Below are positions 7,243 through 16,332 of a DNA stretch of 64,000 bases, piece by piece (positions within the stretch are counted from its first letter, which is position 1; every line of letters starts with the position of its first letter). The translations under genes were made by a program, and so were the position numbers. The notes beneath the pieces are model-generated. The model did no database searches, was not told where the DNA came from, and saw only the letters and a program-made list of their open reading frames with translations. Origin of the DNA: Clostridia bacterium (GTDB lineage Bacteria > Bacillota > Clostridia > Christensenellales > UBA1242); assembly GCA_017444895.1 (NCBI GenBank), contig JAFSVR010000005.1:1546-65545 (forward strand), read 5' to 3'.

Positions 7243-7944
7243 ATGAACACAATGGTTTATGTTATGCTTGCAATCGCAGTTGTGATGGCAACGGTTTTTG
7301 TTGTTTTAAGCAAAGGTCAAAGGGGATTGCTTTCGCTTTCACTTAAAAGCATTGCAAGTTTTTGCTTTACGGTTTTGGCTTTAACAATTTGCTATTATAA
7401 GGGGCTTGGCAGGTTTGGGTTGTTCATTTCCATTGGCTTGGTTGCAAGCTGTTTCGGAGATGTGATCCTTGGGTTGCCAGATATGCCAGAAATGAAGAAA
7501 AAGGCAACTGTCTTAACCCTGATTGGTGGGCTGGCTTTTGCGCTTGCTCATGTTTTCTATCTTAGTGCAATGATAATGAGATTTGGATTTGAGTGGTGGG
7601 TTATCTTGGTTGCAATTGCCCTTGGGTTTGTGTTCTTCTTTGGCAACAAGTTCATTGGCAAACTTAACTATGGTAAGCTTGGCGCAGGGATGCCTGTTTA
7701 TGCAACTTTTGTTTCACTAGTTGTTGCAGAGAGCATAATGGCATTTGTTAGTGGGGCAAACACTTATGGCGCAATTATGATTTTGATTGGCTTTATAATG
7801 TTCTGGATAAGCGATATTGTTTTGATGAATATTTACTTTGGTGGGCACAATGATAAGGCTAACCAAAAACTATATTACTATAACTTGGCTTCATATTATC
7901 TTGGCCAAATTTTAATTGCGTCATCACTAATCTTTTTAATTTAG
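7243..7944 (+). CDS. YhhN-family (lysoplasmalogenase-like) integral membrane protein
   Basis: Eight predicted TM helices. The FGDVILG and FALAHVFY motifs are typical of YhhN/TMEM86 proteins. Confidence 0.7.
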   Translation: MNTMVYVMLAIAVVMATVFVVLSKGQRGLLSLSLKSIASFCFTVLALTICYYKGLGRFGLFISIGLVASCFGDVILGLPDMPEMKKKATVLTLIGGLAFALAHVFYLSAMIMRFGFEWWVILVAIALGFVFFFGNKFIGKLNYGKLGAGMPVYATFVSLVVAESIMAFVSGANTYGAIMILIGFIMFWISDIVLMNIYFGGHNDKANQKLYYYNLASYYLGQILIASSLIFLI

Positions 7945-7950
7945 CTTCTA

Positions 7951-7990
7951 AAAACAAACAACCTCCATCAATTTGATGGAGGTTGTTTTA
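7951..7990. terminator. Bidirectional terminator
   Basis: A long perfect inverted repeat, AAACAACCTCCATC / GATGGAGGTTGTTT, flanked by A- and T-runs and lying between convergent genes. Confidence 0.75.
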
Positions 7991-8059
7991 TGCAAAATTT
8001 TAAGTGTTATGTGTGGTAGAGCTTCCCATTTTTTCTAGCAATAAAAGGTGAGTGCCAAA

Positions 8060-8956
8060 CTATTTGAATGTTATGATAACGCCGTTTTGCTTCGTTGCAT
8101 ATATCTCATTTGTGAACTTAATATCTCCAAGCAGATTAATTCCTTCAAGAACAATTTTTCCAAATTCGGTGTTAAGACCATCAAGATTCATATTGTCTTC
8201 AGCAGGGAAGATGAAGTTAATGAGAAGGTTAAGAAGGATTTCGCTTTGAGTGCTAGTTCGCCCATTAACGCCGATTGTGCTGTTAGAGTATTGCCATTGT
8301 TCTCCACTTATGTCTAGGTTAAAGTTAACTTCAATATAAAGCGTTTTTGGAATGATCATATTAAGTAAGAACAGAGGCATTTGCATTTCATCTGCCATTT
8401 GGGTTTTGATTCCTGTTGTGTTAAGTTTGAGCATAAATTCCATTTTGGCGCTGTTTGGGTTAAGTTCACCGTTCTCAATTTTCGGTTTAATAATAACCTC
8501 CAGAAGTTCCATATTAAGCGTGTTAATGTATTGAAGGCCATTAAGACGCTCAGCCAATATGCCACTTCCAAGCATTCCGTTTAACACGCTTGCGAGTTCC
8601 TTATCCGTGAAGGCTTTTGATTCGTTGCTAAGGGTATAATCACCATCAGCTATTGCTTTATAGTCAAGTTTTCCGCTTTCAAGTGTTGGGAATCCAACAG
8701 ATATCAGCTTGCTTTCTGCTGAAGATAGATCGGCATTTGAAAAACCGTTGCTGACAAGGTTGCTTTCATCTTTTGATGCGTATAGGGTAGACATAACCTG
8801 CGAAAGATCTGCCATATTGTTGATTCCAAAGGCGCTGAAATATTTTGGAACAATCACGCGGTCAAGCAGAAAAAAGCCACCAATTCCGATGGATCCCAAA
8901 ATTGCCAGCACAATTAAAAGGGCAATGAAAAATCGTAAGGTCCTGTTCTTTTTCAC
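8060..8956 (-). CDS. Hypothetical membrane-anchored (N-terminal TM) extracytoplasmic protein
   Basis: GTG start at 8956. The TM helix is FFIALLIVLAILGSIGIGGFFLL. No catalytic or known domain motif was recognised. Confidence 0.7.
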   Translation of the reverse strand: MKKNRTLRFFIALLIVLAILGSIGIGGFFLLDRVIVPKYFSAFGINNMADLSQVMSTLYASKDESNLVSNGFSNADLSSAESKLISVGFPTLESGKLDYKAIADGDYTLSNESKAFTDKELASVLNGMLGSGILAERLNGLQYINTLNMELLEVIIKPKIENGELNPNSAKMEFMLKLNTTGIKTQMADEMQMPLFLLNMIIPKTLYIEVNFNLDISGEQWQYSNSTIGVNGRTSTQSEILLNLLINFIFPAEDNMNLDGLNTEFGKIVLEGINLLGDIKFTNEIYATKQNGVIITFK

Positions 8957-9069
8957 TAATTCACCGCCGCATACAAACTTCCTCTGAAGATAATAACCGC
9001 AATGATTGCGCCTATGAGTAAAATAAGAAGAAGTTTAAGAATACTAAATTTTTTACCAAACAAACCCAA
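8956..9069 (-). CDS. Candidate 37-aa single-TM micro-protein (MGLFGKKFSILKLLLILLIGAIIAVIIFRGSLYAAVN)
   Basis: TTG start with AGGAGA 8 nt upstream. Its TAG stop shares a G with the GTG start of the downstream gene (TAGTG). It is too short for the ORF track and rests on sequence reading only. Confidence 0.3.
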   Translation of the reverse strand: MGLFGKKFSILKLLLILLIGAIIAVIIFRGSLYAAVN

Positions 9070-9128
9070 AATTAGTTTCTCCTGTTTATATAATTATAAT
9101 TCAATAAAGGGGTTTAGTCAAATATTTC

Positions 9129-9157
9129 TTGCTAGAATTGCTGTCTTGTGTTATACT
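9129..9157 (+). promoter_or_regulatory. Promoter TTGCTA-17-TGtTATACT, 6 nt upstream of the mrnC ATG (leaderless candidate)
   Basis: -35 at 9129-9134 and -10 at 9152-9157. TTAACT and then ATG 9164 follow. No SD. Confidence 0.5.
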
Positions 9158-9163
9158 TTAACT

Positions 9164-9619
9164 ATGAAAACTTACCAAGATTTCATAGACAAAATTGCGA
9201 ATGTTCCGGCAAGAAGGGTAAGGAGCAAAGAAGAGATTAAAAATTTGCAACCCCTTGTTTTAGCATTGGTTGGAGATAGCGTTGAGTCGCTTTTATTGCG
9301 CAGGCGTTTTGCAATTTTAACAGATTTCAAAGTTAATGAGATAACAAAAGCAATAAATTCTCTAGTTAACGCATCTGCACAGGCTCAGAGCTTAAAACTT
9401 ATTGAAGATGATTTAACACAAGATGAGCAAGATGTTGCAAGACGAGCAAGAAACACGCACACCCATTCAACTGCTAAGAACTATGATGTGGTTTCATATC
9501 GTCATGCAACTGCCTTTGAGGCGGTTTTAGGGTTCAATTATCTTTCCGGAAATGAAAGGCGCATTGAATTGTTTTTGGATAAAATTTGCAGTTATTTTGC
9601 TAAAAATGGCAAAATTTAG
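9164..9619 (+). CDS. mrnC: Mini-ribonuclease 3
   Basis: LALVGDSVESLLLRR (the RNase III-like signature of Mini-III). The size (151 aa) fits, as does the position upstream of rlmB-sigH, as in Bacillus yazC-yacO-sigH. The track's extension 9002-9163 is not coding. Confidence 0.85.
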   Translation: MKTYQDFIDKIANVPARRVRSKEEIKNLQPLVLALVGDSVESLLLRRRFAILTDFKVNEITKAINSLVNASAQAQSLKLIEDDLTQDEQDVARRARNTHTHSTAKNYDVVSYRHATAFEAVLGFNYLSGNERRIELFLDKICSYFAKNGKI

Positions 9620-9628
9620 GAGAAAAAT

Positions 9629-10360
9629 ATGAATTTTGAAGGTAAAAATGCAGTTTTTGAACTTATTGGTTCAAATAAAACAATTGAAAAAATTTGTATT
9701 CAAGACAAAACAACTGATCAAAAATTGCGAGAAATTGTTTCGCTTGCGCAGGACAAACATGTTAAGCTTGAGTTTATAAGCAAGCAAGCTTTAGATAAAA
9801 TAAGTGAGACCGGACACCACCAAGGCGTTATTGCAGTTGCAACAGACTTTGTTTATGCAGACCTTGATGGAGTTGTTGAAAGCAAGAGGAAAGAAGGAAG
9901 GAGAGTTTTGCTTGTTTTGTTAGACAACGTTGTTGATCCTCATAATCTTGGGAGTATCATAAGGGTTTGTGAGTGCGCTGGTGTAACTGCGGTTGTTATT
10001 CCCAAAAACCGCTCTGCTGTTGTTAACGAAACGGTGGCAAGGATAAGCGCTGGGGCGCTTGCACATTTACCAGTTTGTAAGGTTACAAACATGGCACAAA
10101 CCATAAAAGAACTTAAAGCGAAAAATATTTGGGTGTATTCCGCAGACATGGATGGCACTCCAATGTATGAAACAGATTTGAGTGGAGACATTGCTCTTAT
10201 TGTTGGGAGTGAAGGATTTGGGGTTTCACCGCTGATAAAGAAAGAGAGTGATGGAGTTGTGTCTATTCCAATGTTTGGAAAAGTTAATTCGCTTAATGCA
10301 AGCATTAGTGCTGGCATTGTTGTTTACGAGGCTGTCAGGCAACAACTTAATAAAGAGTAG
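9629..10360 (+). CDS. rlmB: 23S rRNA (guanosine-2'-O)-methyltransferase, TrmH/SpoU family
   Basis: SpoU_sub_bind-like N-terminus. SpoU motifs LLDNVVDPHNLGSIIR, IVGSEGFG and NSLNAS are present. Confidence 0.85.
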   Translation: MNFEGKNAVFELIGSNKTIEKICIQDKTTDQKLREIVSLAQDKHVKLEFISKQALDKISETGHHQGVIAVATDFVYADLDGVVESKRKEGRRVLLVLLDNVVDPHNLGSIIRVCECAGVTAVVIPKNRSAVVNETVARISAGALAHLPVCKVTNMAQTIKELKAKNIWVYSADMDGTPMYETDLSGDIALIVGSEGFGVSPLIKKESDGVVSIPMFGKVNSLNASISAGIVVYEAVRQQLNKE

Positions 10361-10363
10361 AGT

Positions 10364-10921
10364 ATGAAGGAAAACGAGATTGAAGAGATAATTGAATATT
10401 TTTCAGACACCATTAGGGCAATTAGCCGTAAGTATTTTTTGGTTGGTGGAAATAATGAAGATCTTTTTCAAGAAGGAATGATTGGGCTTATTGAGGCGTG
10501 TCGTTCTTTTGATGAAAGCAAGGGGGACTATAAGAGTGAGCAGTTCAAAAGGTTTGCCCTTGTTTGCATCAAAAGACAAATTCTTGATGCAATAAGAAAA
10601 GCAAATGCTAAAAAGAATGGGCCACTTAATAATTATGTTTCTTTCCATCAAAAAAATAGTGAAGACGAAGATTTTGAACTTGAATTTAGCACGATTGTTG
10701 ATGATGGCGCAGATCCTGAAACCCAAGTTATAAGAGAGGAAACCACCGACGAGCAGATTAGGCTGTTAAAGGACAAACTGAGCAAGGCTGAAATGTCAGT
10801 CCTTAAATTATATTTGAGTGGAATGAAGCAATCACAAATGGCAATGGCTCTTAATAAAACACCAAAGCAAATTGATAATACAATTCAAAGAATTAAAAAT
10901 AAGATGAAGGGGAAGCTCTAA
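10364..10921 (+). CDS. sigH: RNA polymerase sigma factor, SigH-like
   Basis: QEGMIGLIEACRSFD..FKRFALVCIKRQILDAIRKA closely parallels B. subtilis SigH region 2. Synteny after mrnC-rlmB also supports the call. Confidence 0.8.
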   Translation: MKENEIEEIIEYFSDTIRAISRKYFLVGGNNEDLFQEGMIGLIEACRSFDESKGDYKSEQFKRFALVCIKRQILDAIRKANAKKNGPLNNYVSFHQKNSEDEDFELEFSTIVDDGADPETQVIREETTDEQIRLLKDKLSKAEMSVLKLYLSGMKQSQMAMALNKTPKQIDNTIQRIKNKMKGKL

Positions 10922-12504
10922 TGTATTTAGCACTATATAGAAAATATCGTCCAAGACAATTTAGTGAGGTTATTGGGCAGGATCATATTATACGAACGCT
11001 TAAGAATCAAATCATTGCTGATAAGATTGGGCATGCCTATTTGTTTTGTGGAAGTCGTGGAACTGGAAAGACTAGCACGGCTAAGATTTTTGCACGTGCA
11101 ATTAATTGCGAAGACAACAAGGATGGTGAGCCTTGCAATAAGTGTGGCGTTTGCACGTCTGTTGATAACGCAAATTTTGATATTTTGGAAATAGATGCTG
11201 CTAGCAATAATGGTGTTGATGAGATAAGGGATCTGCGAGAAAAGGTTAAATACCCACCAGTTGTTGGGAAATATAAAGTGTATATCATAGATGAAGTTCA
11301 TATGCTGTCGTCAAGTGCGTTTAACGCTTTGCTTAAAACCCTTGAAGAACCGCCAGAATTTGTTGTTTTTATTTTGGCAACAACAGAGGTTCATAAACTT
11401 CCACAAACAATACTTTCAAGGTGTATGCGTTTTGATTTTTCTCTTGTTAGTGAGGAAAATCTAATCAGAGAACTGCAGATGGTTTGTGATGATAGCAAGA
11501 TAGAATACACTGACGAAGCCCTGAGTCTTATTGCGAAAGCCGGCGAGGGTTCGGTTAGAGATATGTTATCTATTGCGGATAGGTGTATTGCTTATTGTGG
11601 AGAGAAAATTACCACTGAAGGGGTTGCTGAGGTGTTGGGTGTGGCAAGCCGTGAAATATTGTTTGATCTTGCTTCTGCTGTTGTTGGAAATGATATTGCA
11701 AAAGCGATTGATGTTCTTAACAAAACTCTTAAAGAAGGCAAGAATCCTTTGGTGCTAAGTAGAGATATTATAGGCTTCTTTAGAGATTTGCTGTATCTTG
11801 AGGTTGGCGGAGAAAAGATGATTGGTGTTTCAGGAGAAATGCTTGAAAAGATGAAAAAAATAGCGACACCAAGCAATCATGATAAAATAATGGCAGTTAT
11901 TGAGAAACTGAGCGAGGTTGAAGCGGAGATGAGGTATAGCACTTCACCAAAAACGGTTTTGGAATGCAACCTTATAAATGCAATTGCTCATCAAAGTTAT
12001 GGTGAAAGGCTAAATGCCATCGAGAGCAAATTAAGTGGTGCAAAAGTTGATATCAAAGCAAAAACTGCAGAAAACCCTTCAAAAGGCGAGTGGACCAACG
12101 AGAATAGTGCTCAAAAAGTGCAAAAAGAAGAAGGTTTGAGTGTAAATTCGGCAAAAAATGAAAAACCTAACAATGAAAACCCGCCTGAAACTGTGGGGGA
12201 TGAGCAAGCATCGGTTTTTGGCGAACTGATTCAACTTTTAAGAAAGGAGAAGTCATTTAGTATAATATCGGCAATGAGCCAAGTTAAAAAGGTTAACTAT
12301 GACACCAAAAATGTTGAGTTTGTGTTTGCGGATGAAGATACTATAGACATGATTTCGTCAAGCAAGAATCTTAAAACTGTTGATGACTTTTTTGGTGCTA
12401 GGGGCATGACATATTCATTTGTAACCGAAAAGCAAAGCAAATTGACCAAAGGTAAAACGGGCGATCTTGCAAAATTGCTTGGCGGAAAACTGAAAATTGA
12501 ATAG
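10921..12504 (+). CDS. dnaX: DNA polymerase III subunit gamma/tau
   Basis: YRPRQFSEVIGQ, GSRGTGKTS (Walker A), a CxxC zinc module, DEVHML and SRC motifs. The start overlaps the sigH stop (TAATG). Confidence 0.95.
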   Translation: MYLALYRKYRPRQFSEVIGQDHIIRTLKNQIIADKIGHAYLFCGSRGTGKTSTAKIFARAINCEDNKDGEPCNKCGVCTSVDNANFDILEIDAASNNGVDEIRDLREKVKYPPVVGKYKVYIIDEVHMLSSSAFNALLKTLEEPPEFVVFILATTEVHKLPQTILSRCMRFDFSLVSEENLIRELQMVCDDSKIEYTDEALSLIAKAGEGSVRDMLSIADRCIAYCGEKITTEGVAEVLGVASREILFDLASAVVGNDIAKAIDVLNKTLKEGKNPLVLSRDIIGFFRDLLYLEVGGEKMIGVSGEMLEKMKKIATPSNHDKIMAVIEKLSEVEAEMRYSTSPKTVLECNLINAIAHQSYGERLNAIESKLSGAKVDIKAKTAENPSKGEWTNENSAQKVQKEEGLSVNSAKNEKPNNENPPETVGDEQASVFGELIQLLRKEKSFSIISAMSQVKKVNYDTKNVEFVFADEDTIDMISSSKNLKTVDDFFGARGMTYSFVTEKQSKLTKGKTGDLAKLLGGKLKIE

Positions 12505-12567
12505 CAGTTTGCTTTACTTTTTATATGCAATATGCTATCTTAAAATTGTTTTGAAAGGAGATTGAAA

Positions 12568-12903
12568 ATGGCAAAATTTGGTGGATTTGGCGGTGGATCA
12601 AATATGCAAATGCAGAACCTCATGAGGCAGGCTCAGCAGATGCAACAAAAAGCTCTTGAGGCGCAAGAGGAAATTGATGGCACTGTTTTAGAAGGAACAA
12701 GCGGTGGTGGAATGGTTACTGTGAAAATTTTTGGGAACAAGGAAGTTCAAGAAGTTAAACTTCAAAAAGAAGTTGTTGATCCAGATGACGTTGAAATGCT
12801 AGAAGATATGATTGTTGCGGCTTTTAATGATGCATCACAAAAGGCGGATAAACTTAAAGAAGAAAAACTTGGTGCGTTTGGAGCAATTGGGGGGCTGATG
12901 TAA
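12568..12903 (+). CDS. ybaB: YbaB/EbfC nucleoid-associated protein
   Basis: NMQNLMRQAQQMQQK..GGGMVTVKIFGN is typical of the family. AAAGGAG lies 7 nt upstream of ATG 12568. The gene sits in the dnaX-ybaB-recR order. Confidence 0.9.
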   Translation: MAKFGGFGGGSNMQMQNLMRQAQQMQQKALEAQEEIDGTVLEGTSGGGMVTVKIFGNKEVQEVKLQKEVVDPDDVEMLEDMIVAAFNDASQKADKLKEEKLGAFGAIGGLM

Positions 12904-12904
12904 G

Positions 12905-13501
12905 GTGGCAACCGGAGAAATAGAAAGCGTTTTGAAACTTGCAAATGAATTTTCAAAGTTGCCTGGCGTTGGCAAAAAAACTGCAATGAGATATGCTTAT
13001 TACATTATTGGACTATCTAATGATGGGGCAAAAACCTTCGCTGATTCAATTATGGATGTTAAGGCAAAAGTTAGGCTCTGCGAGGAGTGTGGGAACTTTA
13101 CTGAGGAATCGCCTTGTTCAATTTGTAAAACAAGATCCCAAGAGATTATTTGTGTTGTTAAAGAGCCAAAAGATGTTGTTGCAATTGAAAAAGTTAAGGG
13201 TTTTAAGGGTGTTTATCATGTTCTTCATGGAACACTTAGCCCAATGCAACATATTGGCCCAAATGATATTAGAATAAGAGAACTATTAGACAGGGTTAAT
13301 AGATATGGAACAAAGGAAGTTATAATGGCAACGAACCCCGATGTTGAGGGGGATGCAACAGCGCTCTATATTGCCAACCTATTAAAACCTTTAGGGATAA
13401 AAGTAACACGAATTGCGCAAGGAGTCAGCATGGGAAGTGAACTTGAGTTTGCTGACGAAATTACGCTTTCACGAGCAATTGAGGATAGGAGAGACTTGTA
13501 A
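12905..13501 (+). CDS. recR: Recombination protein RecR
   Basis: HhH motif LPGVGKKTA, a C4 zinc finger (CEECGNFTEESPCSIC) and a Toprim domain. GTG start. Confidence 0.95.
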   Translation: MATGEIESVLKLANEFSKLPGVGKKTAMRYAYYIIGLSNDGAKTFADSIMDVKAKVRLCEECGNFTEESPCSICKTRSQEIICVVKEPKDVVAIEKVKGFKGVYHVLHGTLSPMQHIGPNDIRIRELLDRVNRYGTKEVIMATNPDVEGDATALYIANLLKPLGIKVTRIAQGVSMGSELEFADEITLSRAIEDRRDL

Positions 13502-13520
13502 AAATTTTTGAAATTTCAAT

Positions 13521-13547
13521 AAAAAACACCATTTTGGTGTTTTTTTG
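13521..13547 (+). terminator. Terminator ending the mrnC..recR unit
   Basis: AAACACCA-TTTT-TGGTGTTT followed by a T-run. Confidence 0.75.
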
Positions 13548-13710
13548 ATGGGTATAATGGAAGAAATTGCGTTTTTTACATTATAATTGATGGGTGTTCT
13601 TTGAGACGTTTTCTTACTAAATTTTTGGGAAATTTTTTATAGATTTATTTGACAAATTTCACCATGAATCTTAAACTTGAAAATAGTGAAAAACATGAGA
13701 GGCAATGATT

Positions 13711-15195
13711 ATGAAAATTGGATTTGATAATAACCTATATATCAATCTTCAAACGGAAGCGATAAAAAAACGAGCGTCTAAATTTTCGAACAAACTTTAT
13801 CTTGAGGTTGGTGGAAAATTGTTTGATGACTTGCATGCTTCTCGTGTTTTGCCCGGCTTTGAGCCAGACTCAAAAATTAAGGTTTTGCGTGCGCTCAAAG
13901 ATAAATGTGAAATAGTTTTTGTCATCAACAGTAATGATATTGAAAAGCATAAGATTCGTGCTGATTACGGAATTACTTATGATGTTGACGTTTTAAGGCA
14001 GATAGACAATCTTAGAAAAGAAGGGCTATATGTAAGCTCAATTGTCATCACGCTATACACTGGGCAACCTGGGGCTAAAAGTTTTGCGGAAAAACTAAAA
14101 AGAAAAGGTGAGAAAGTTTATATTCACACGCCAACAAAAGGATATCCAAATGATATCCAAACAGTTGTTAGTGATGATGGCTATGGAGCTAATCCATATA
14201 TTGAAACAACCAAGCCAGTTGTTATTGTAACGGCGCCAGGTCCTGGCAGTGGAAAACTTGCAACATGCCTTAGTCAGCTTTACCATGAGCATAAACGTGG
14301 GGTGGTTGCTGGGTATGCTAAGTTTGAAACCTTCCCAATTTGGAACCTAAGTTTAACCCATCCTGTTAATGTTGCTTATGAGGCTGCAACCGCCGACCTT
14401 AAGGATATTAACATGATAGATAGTTTCCATCTTAAGGCGTATAATAAGGTTGCCGTCAACTATAACCGTGATCTTGAATGTTTCCCAGTTTTGCAAAATA
14501 TATTAACTAGCATAACAGGCAATAGCAAGTTCTATATGTCGCCAACAGATATGGGAATAAATATGGCGGGTTTTGCAATTACGGATGATGAGATAGTTTC
14601 AAAATATGCGTGCAATGAAATAATAAGAAGATATCAAAAAGCGCTTGTTGACTATAAAAACGGCAATGCTAGCATTGATGTTGCAACGAGAATTGAAATG
14701 CTTATGAGTCAAATGGGAATTAAGGTTCAAGACAGGGCAGTTGTTGGCGCCGTTATGGACAAATACCAATCTTCAAAGGTTCATATGCTTGGTATTGAAC
14801 TTGATGATGGAACTTTTGTGTTTGGGAAAAACAAAGAATTAATGACGAGTGGGGCATCTTGTGTTTTGAATGCACTAAAAACACTCGCTCAAATTGACGA
14901 TAAGATTGATCTTATTCCAGAAAACATTTTAAGACCAGTGTGCAAACTTAAAGAGGACTTTTTGGGGGTAGAGAAGGGGCAACTAGGGCTTAAAGATATG
15001 CTAACGGCGCTAGCTATAAGCTCATCTGTTAACCCTGTTGCTGAATGCGCCTTACAGCAATTGCCAAAACTTAAAGCATGCGAGGCTCATGCAACGTGCA
15101 TAATAAGCTCTGCTGATGAGCAAATCCTCAAAAAACTTGGGGTTTATGCAACAAGTGAAGCAAAGTATTCAACCAAAAATTTATATACAATTTAA
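13711..15195 (+). CDS. DUF1846 / UPF0371 family protein
   Basis: MKIGFDN..RVLPGF..VTAPGPGSGKLATCLSQLYHE..AGYAKFETFPIWNL..HPVNVAYEAATADL matches the family consensus as I recall it. The SD GAGAGG favours ATG 13711 over 13705. Confidence 0.85.
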   Translation: MKIGFDNNLYINLQTEAIKKRASKFSNKLYLEVGGKLFDDLHASRVLPGFEPDSKIKVLRALKDKCEIVFVINSNDIEKHKIRADYGITYDVDVLRQIDNLRKEGLYVSSIVITLYTGQPGAKSFAEKLKRKGEKVYIHTPTKGYPNDIQTVVSDDGYGANPYIETTKPVVIVTAPGPGSGKLATCLSQLYHEHKRGVVAGYAKFETFPIWNLSLTHPVNVAYEAATADLKDINMIDSFHLKAYNKVAVNYNRDLECFPVLQNILTSITGNSKFYMSPTDMGINMAGFAITDDEIVSKYACNEIIRRYQKALVDYKNGNASIDVATRIEMLMSQMGIKVQDRAVVGAVMDKYQSSKVHMLGIELDDGTFVFGKNKELMTSGASCVLNALKTLAQIDDKIDLIPENILRPVCKLKEDFLGVEKGQLGLKDMLTALAISSSVNPVAECALQQLPKLKACEAHATCIISSADEQILKKLGVYATSEAKYSTKNLYTI

Positions 15196-15202
15196 TAAAT
15201 AA

Positions 15203-15236
15203 AAAAAACGACTTGCATAAAAGCAAGCCGTTTTTA
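15203..15236. terminator. Bidirectional terminator between convergent genes
   Basis: AAAACGaCTTGC-ATAAAA-GCAAGcCGTTTT with flanking A- and T-runs. Confidence 0.7.
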
Positions 15237-15238
15237 GT

Positions 15239-16093
15239 TTAACCAATGCTTCCGGATATTGTTATGATTGTTTCGCCATCACCTGAAGAGGTTGATGCAG
15301 GAACAGTTATTGTGTTTGTTGAAGAACTGTTTGGAAGTGTTAAGGTGTTTGTTGATGGATCAATGGTATAATCAGCGCTATCCCATGTTGTTGTGGTTGA
15401 GCCAGTTGTGCTCGTGATTGAAGAAACAACAAAGTCTTCTGGCAAGGTGTCTGTTAAAACAACGTTAGTTGCGTCTAGATTTCCAGAATTTGTGAGATCA
15501 AAAATATATGAATATGTTTGGCCTATAATAATATCGGCGTCGCTAACAGATTTTTCTATGTTAACGCTTGCATATAGTGCTTCAGTGATGGTTTCGGTGG
15601 AAGTGTTTGTAACGGTTGTTCCAGTTGGTGAGCCACTATGTGCTGTGGCAGTTGCAGTGTTTGTTATGCTTGAAATGTCGCCGATGTTATCACGGACGGT
15701 TGCAACATAGGTAATAAATGCCGTTTCCCCACTTCTCATCATTGATGGAAGGGTGAAAACTAAAGGATCGGTTGTTGTTGGTGTGATTGCACTTTGCTCG
15801 CCATCAAATATTAAAGTTGCCGTTTCCGTCATATAAACAAGTTCGCTTGATCCGCCAAGATCGTCGGTTAATGTTATGCCGTAAAGATTGCCCGTTCCGG
15901 CATTTGTTATTGCAATTTGGTAGGTCACGTTTTCACCGGGGGTGTAAGTTGAATGCAAGGCATGTTTAACAACTTCAATGCTATACTCGTCAGCAAGGTT
16001 AATGTTTGCCACATTGCTGCTAGATGATTGGGTATCTTTGGCGCCCGTATATGAATATGTAATTGTTCCTTGATTGCTTATGGTTGTCATCAT
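15239..16093 (-). CDS. DUF11-type repeat (Ig-like fold) T/S-rich protein with no signal peptide
   Basis: Two repeats carry ITLTDDLGG and VVLTDTLPEDF motifs typical of the 'conserved repeat domain' DUF11. SD is AAAGGAGG. The N-terminus MMTTISNQGTITYSY is not hydrophobic. Confidence 0.6.
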   Translation of the reverse strand: MMTTISNQGTITYSYTGAKDTQSSSSNVANINLADEYSIEVVKHALHSTYTPGENVTYQIAITNAGTGNLYGITLTDDLGGSSELVYMTETATLIFDGEQSAITPTTTDPLVFTLPSMMRSGETAFITYVATVRDNIGDISSITNTATATAHSGSPTGTTVTNTSTETITEALYASVNIEKSVSDADIIIGQTYSYIFDLTNSGNLDATNVVLTDTLPEDFVVSSITSTTGSTTTTWDSADYTIDPSTNTLTLPNSSSTNTITVPASTSSGDGETIITISGSIG

Positions 16094-16205
16094 ATTTCCT
16101 CCTTTATTATTTGTGTGTTAAGCACACTATCATATTATGCAAATGTGCGAGCCTGTGTTAATGTATAGTAGATATAAAAGGGCTCAAAATTTTTAGCAAA
16201 AAGTG

Positions 16206-16234
16206 TTGACATATCGCCTAATTTCGTATAAAAT
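16206..16234 (+). promoter_or_regulatory. Promoter TTGACA-17-TAAAAT for the tRNA-Met/tRNA-Glu pair
   Basis: -35 at 16206-16211 and -10 at 16229-16234, about 19 nt upstream of the tRNA 5' end. Confidence 0.6.
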
Positions 16235-16252
16235 AATAAAGCATTTAGTTGT

Positions 16253-16329
16253 GGCGGCTTAGCTCAGTTGGCTAGAGCGACCGGTTCATACCCGGTAGGT
16301 CGATGGTTCAAACCCGTCAGCCGCTACCA
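16253..16329 (+). tRNA. tRNA with CAU anticodon. Elongator Met is most likely; Ile2 (lysidine) cannot be excluded.
   Basis: Cloverleaf: acceptor GGCGGCT/AGCCGCT, anticodon arm ACCGG-TTCATAC-CCGGT, T-arm GATGG-TTCAAAC-CCGTC, ACCA end. Confidence 0.88.
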
Positions 16330-16332
16330 CAT

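Noticed and set aside
9002-9163. 5' extension of the mrnC ORF (MIAPMSKIRR...).
   Set aside because: The extension covers the divergent intergenic region, the mrnC promoter and the antisense of the micro-ORF. Mini-III homologs are about 140-150 aa, consistent with ATG 9164.
11854-11860. A7 run in dnaX as a programmed -1 frameshift or transcriptional-slippage site producing a short gamma subunit, as in E. coli and Thermus.
   Set aside because: A -1 shift here would terminate at TGA 11880-11882 after about 320 residues, inside clamp-loader domain III, which is needed for assembly. A-runs of this length are common in this AT-rich sequence, and no downstream stimulatory hairpin is evident.
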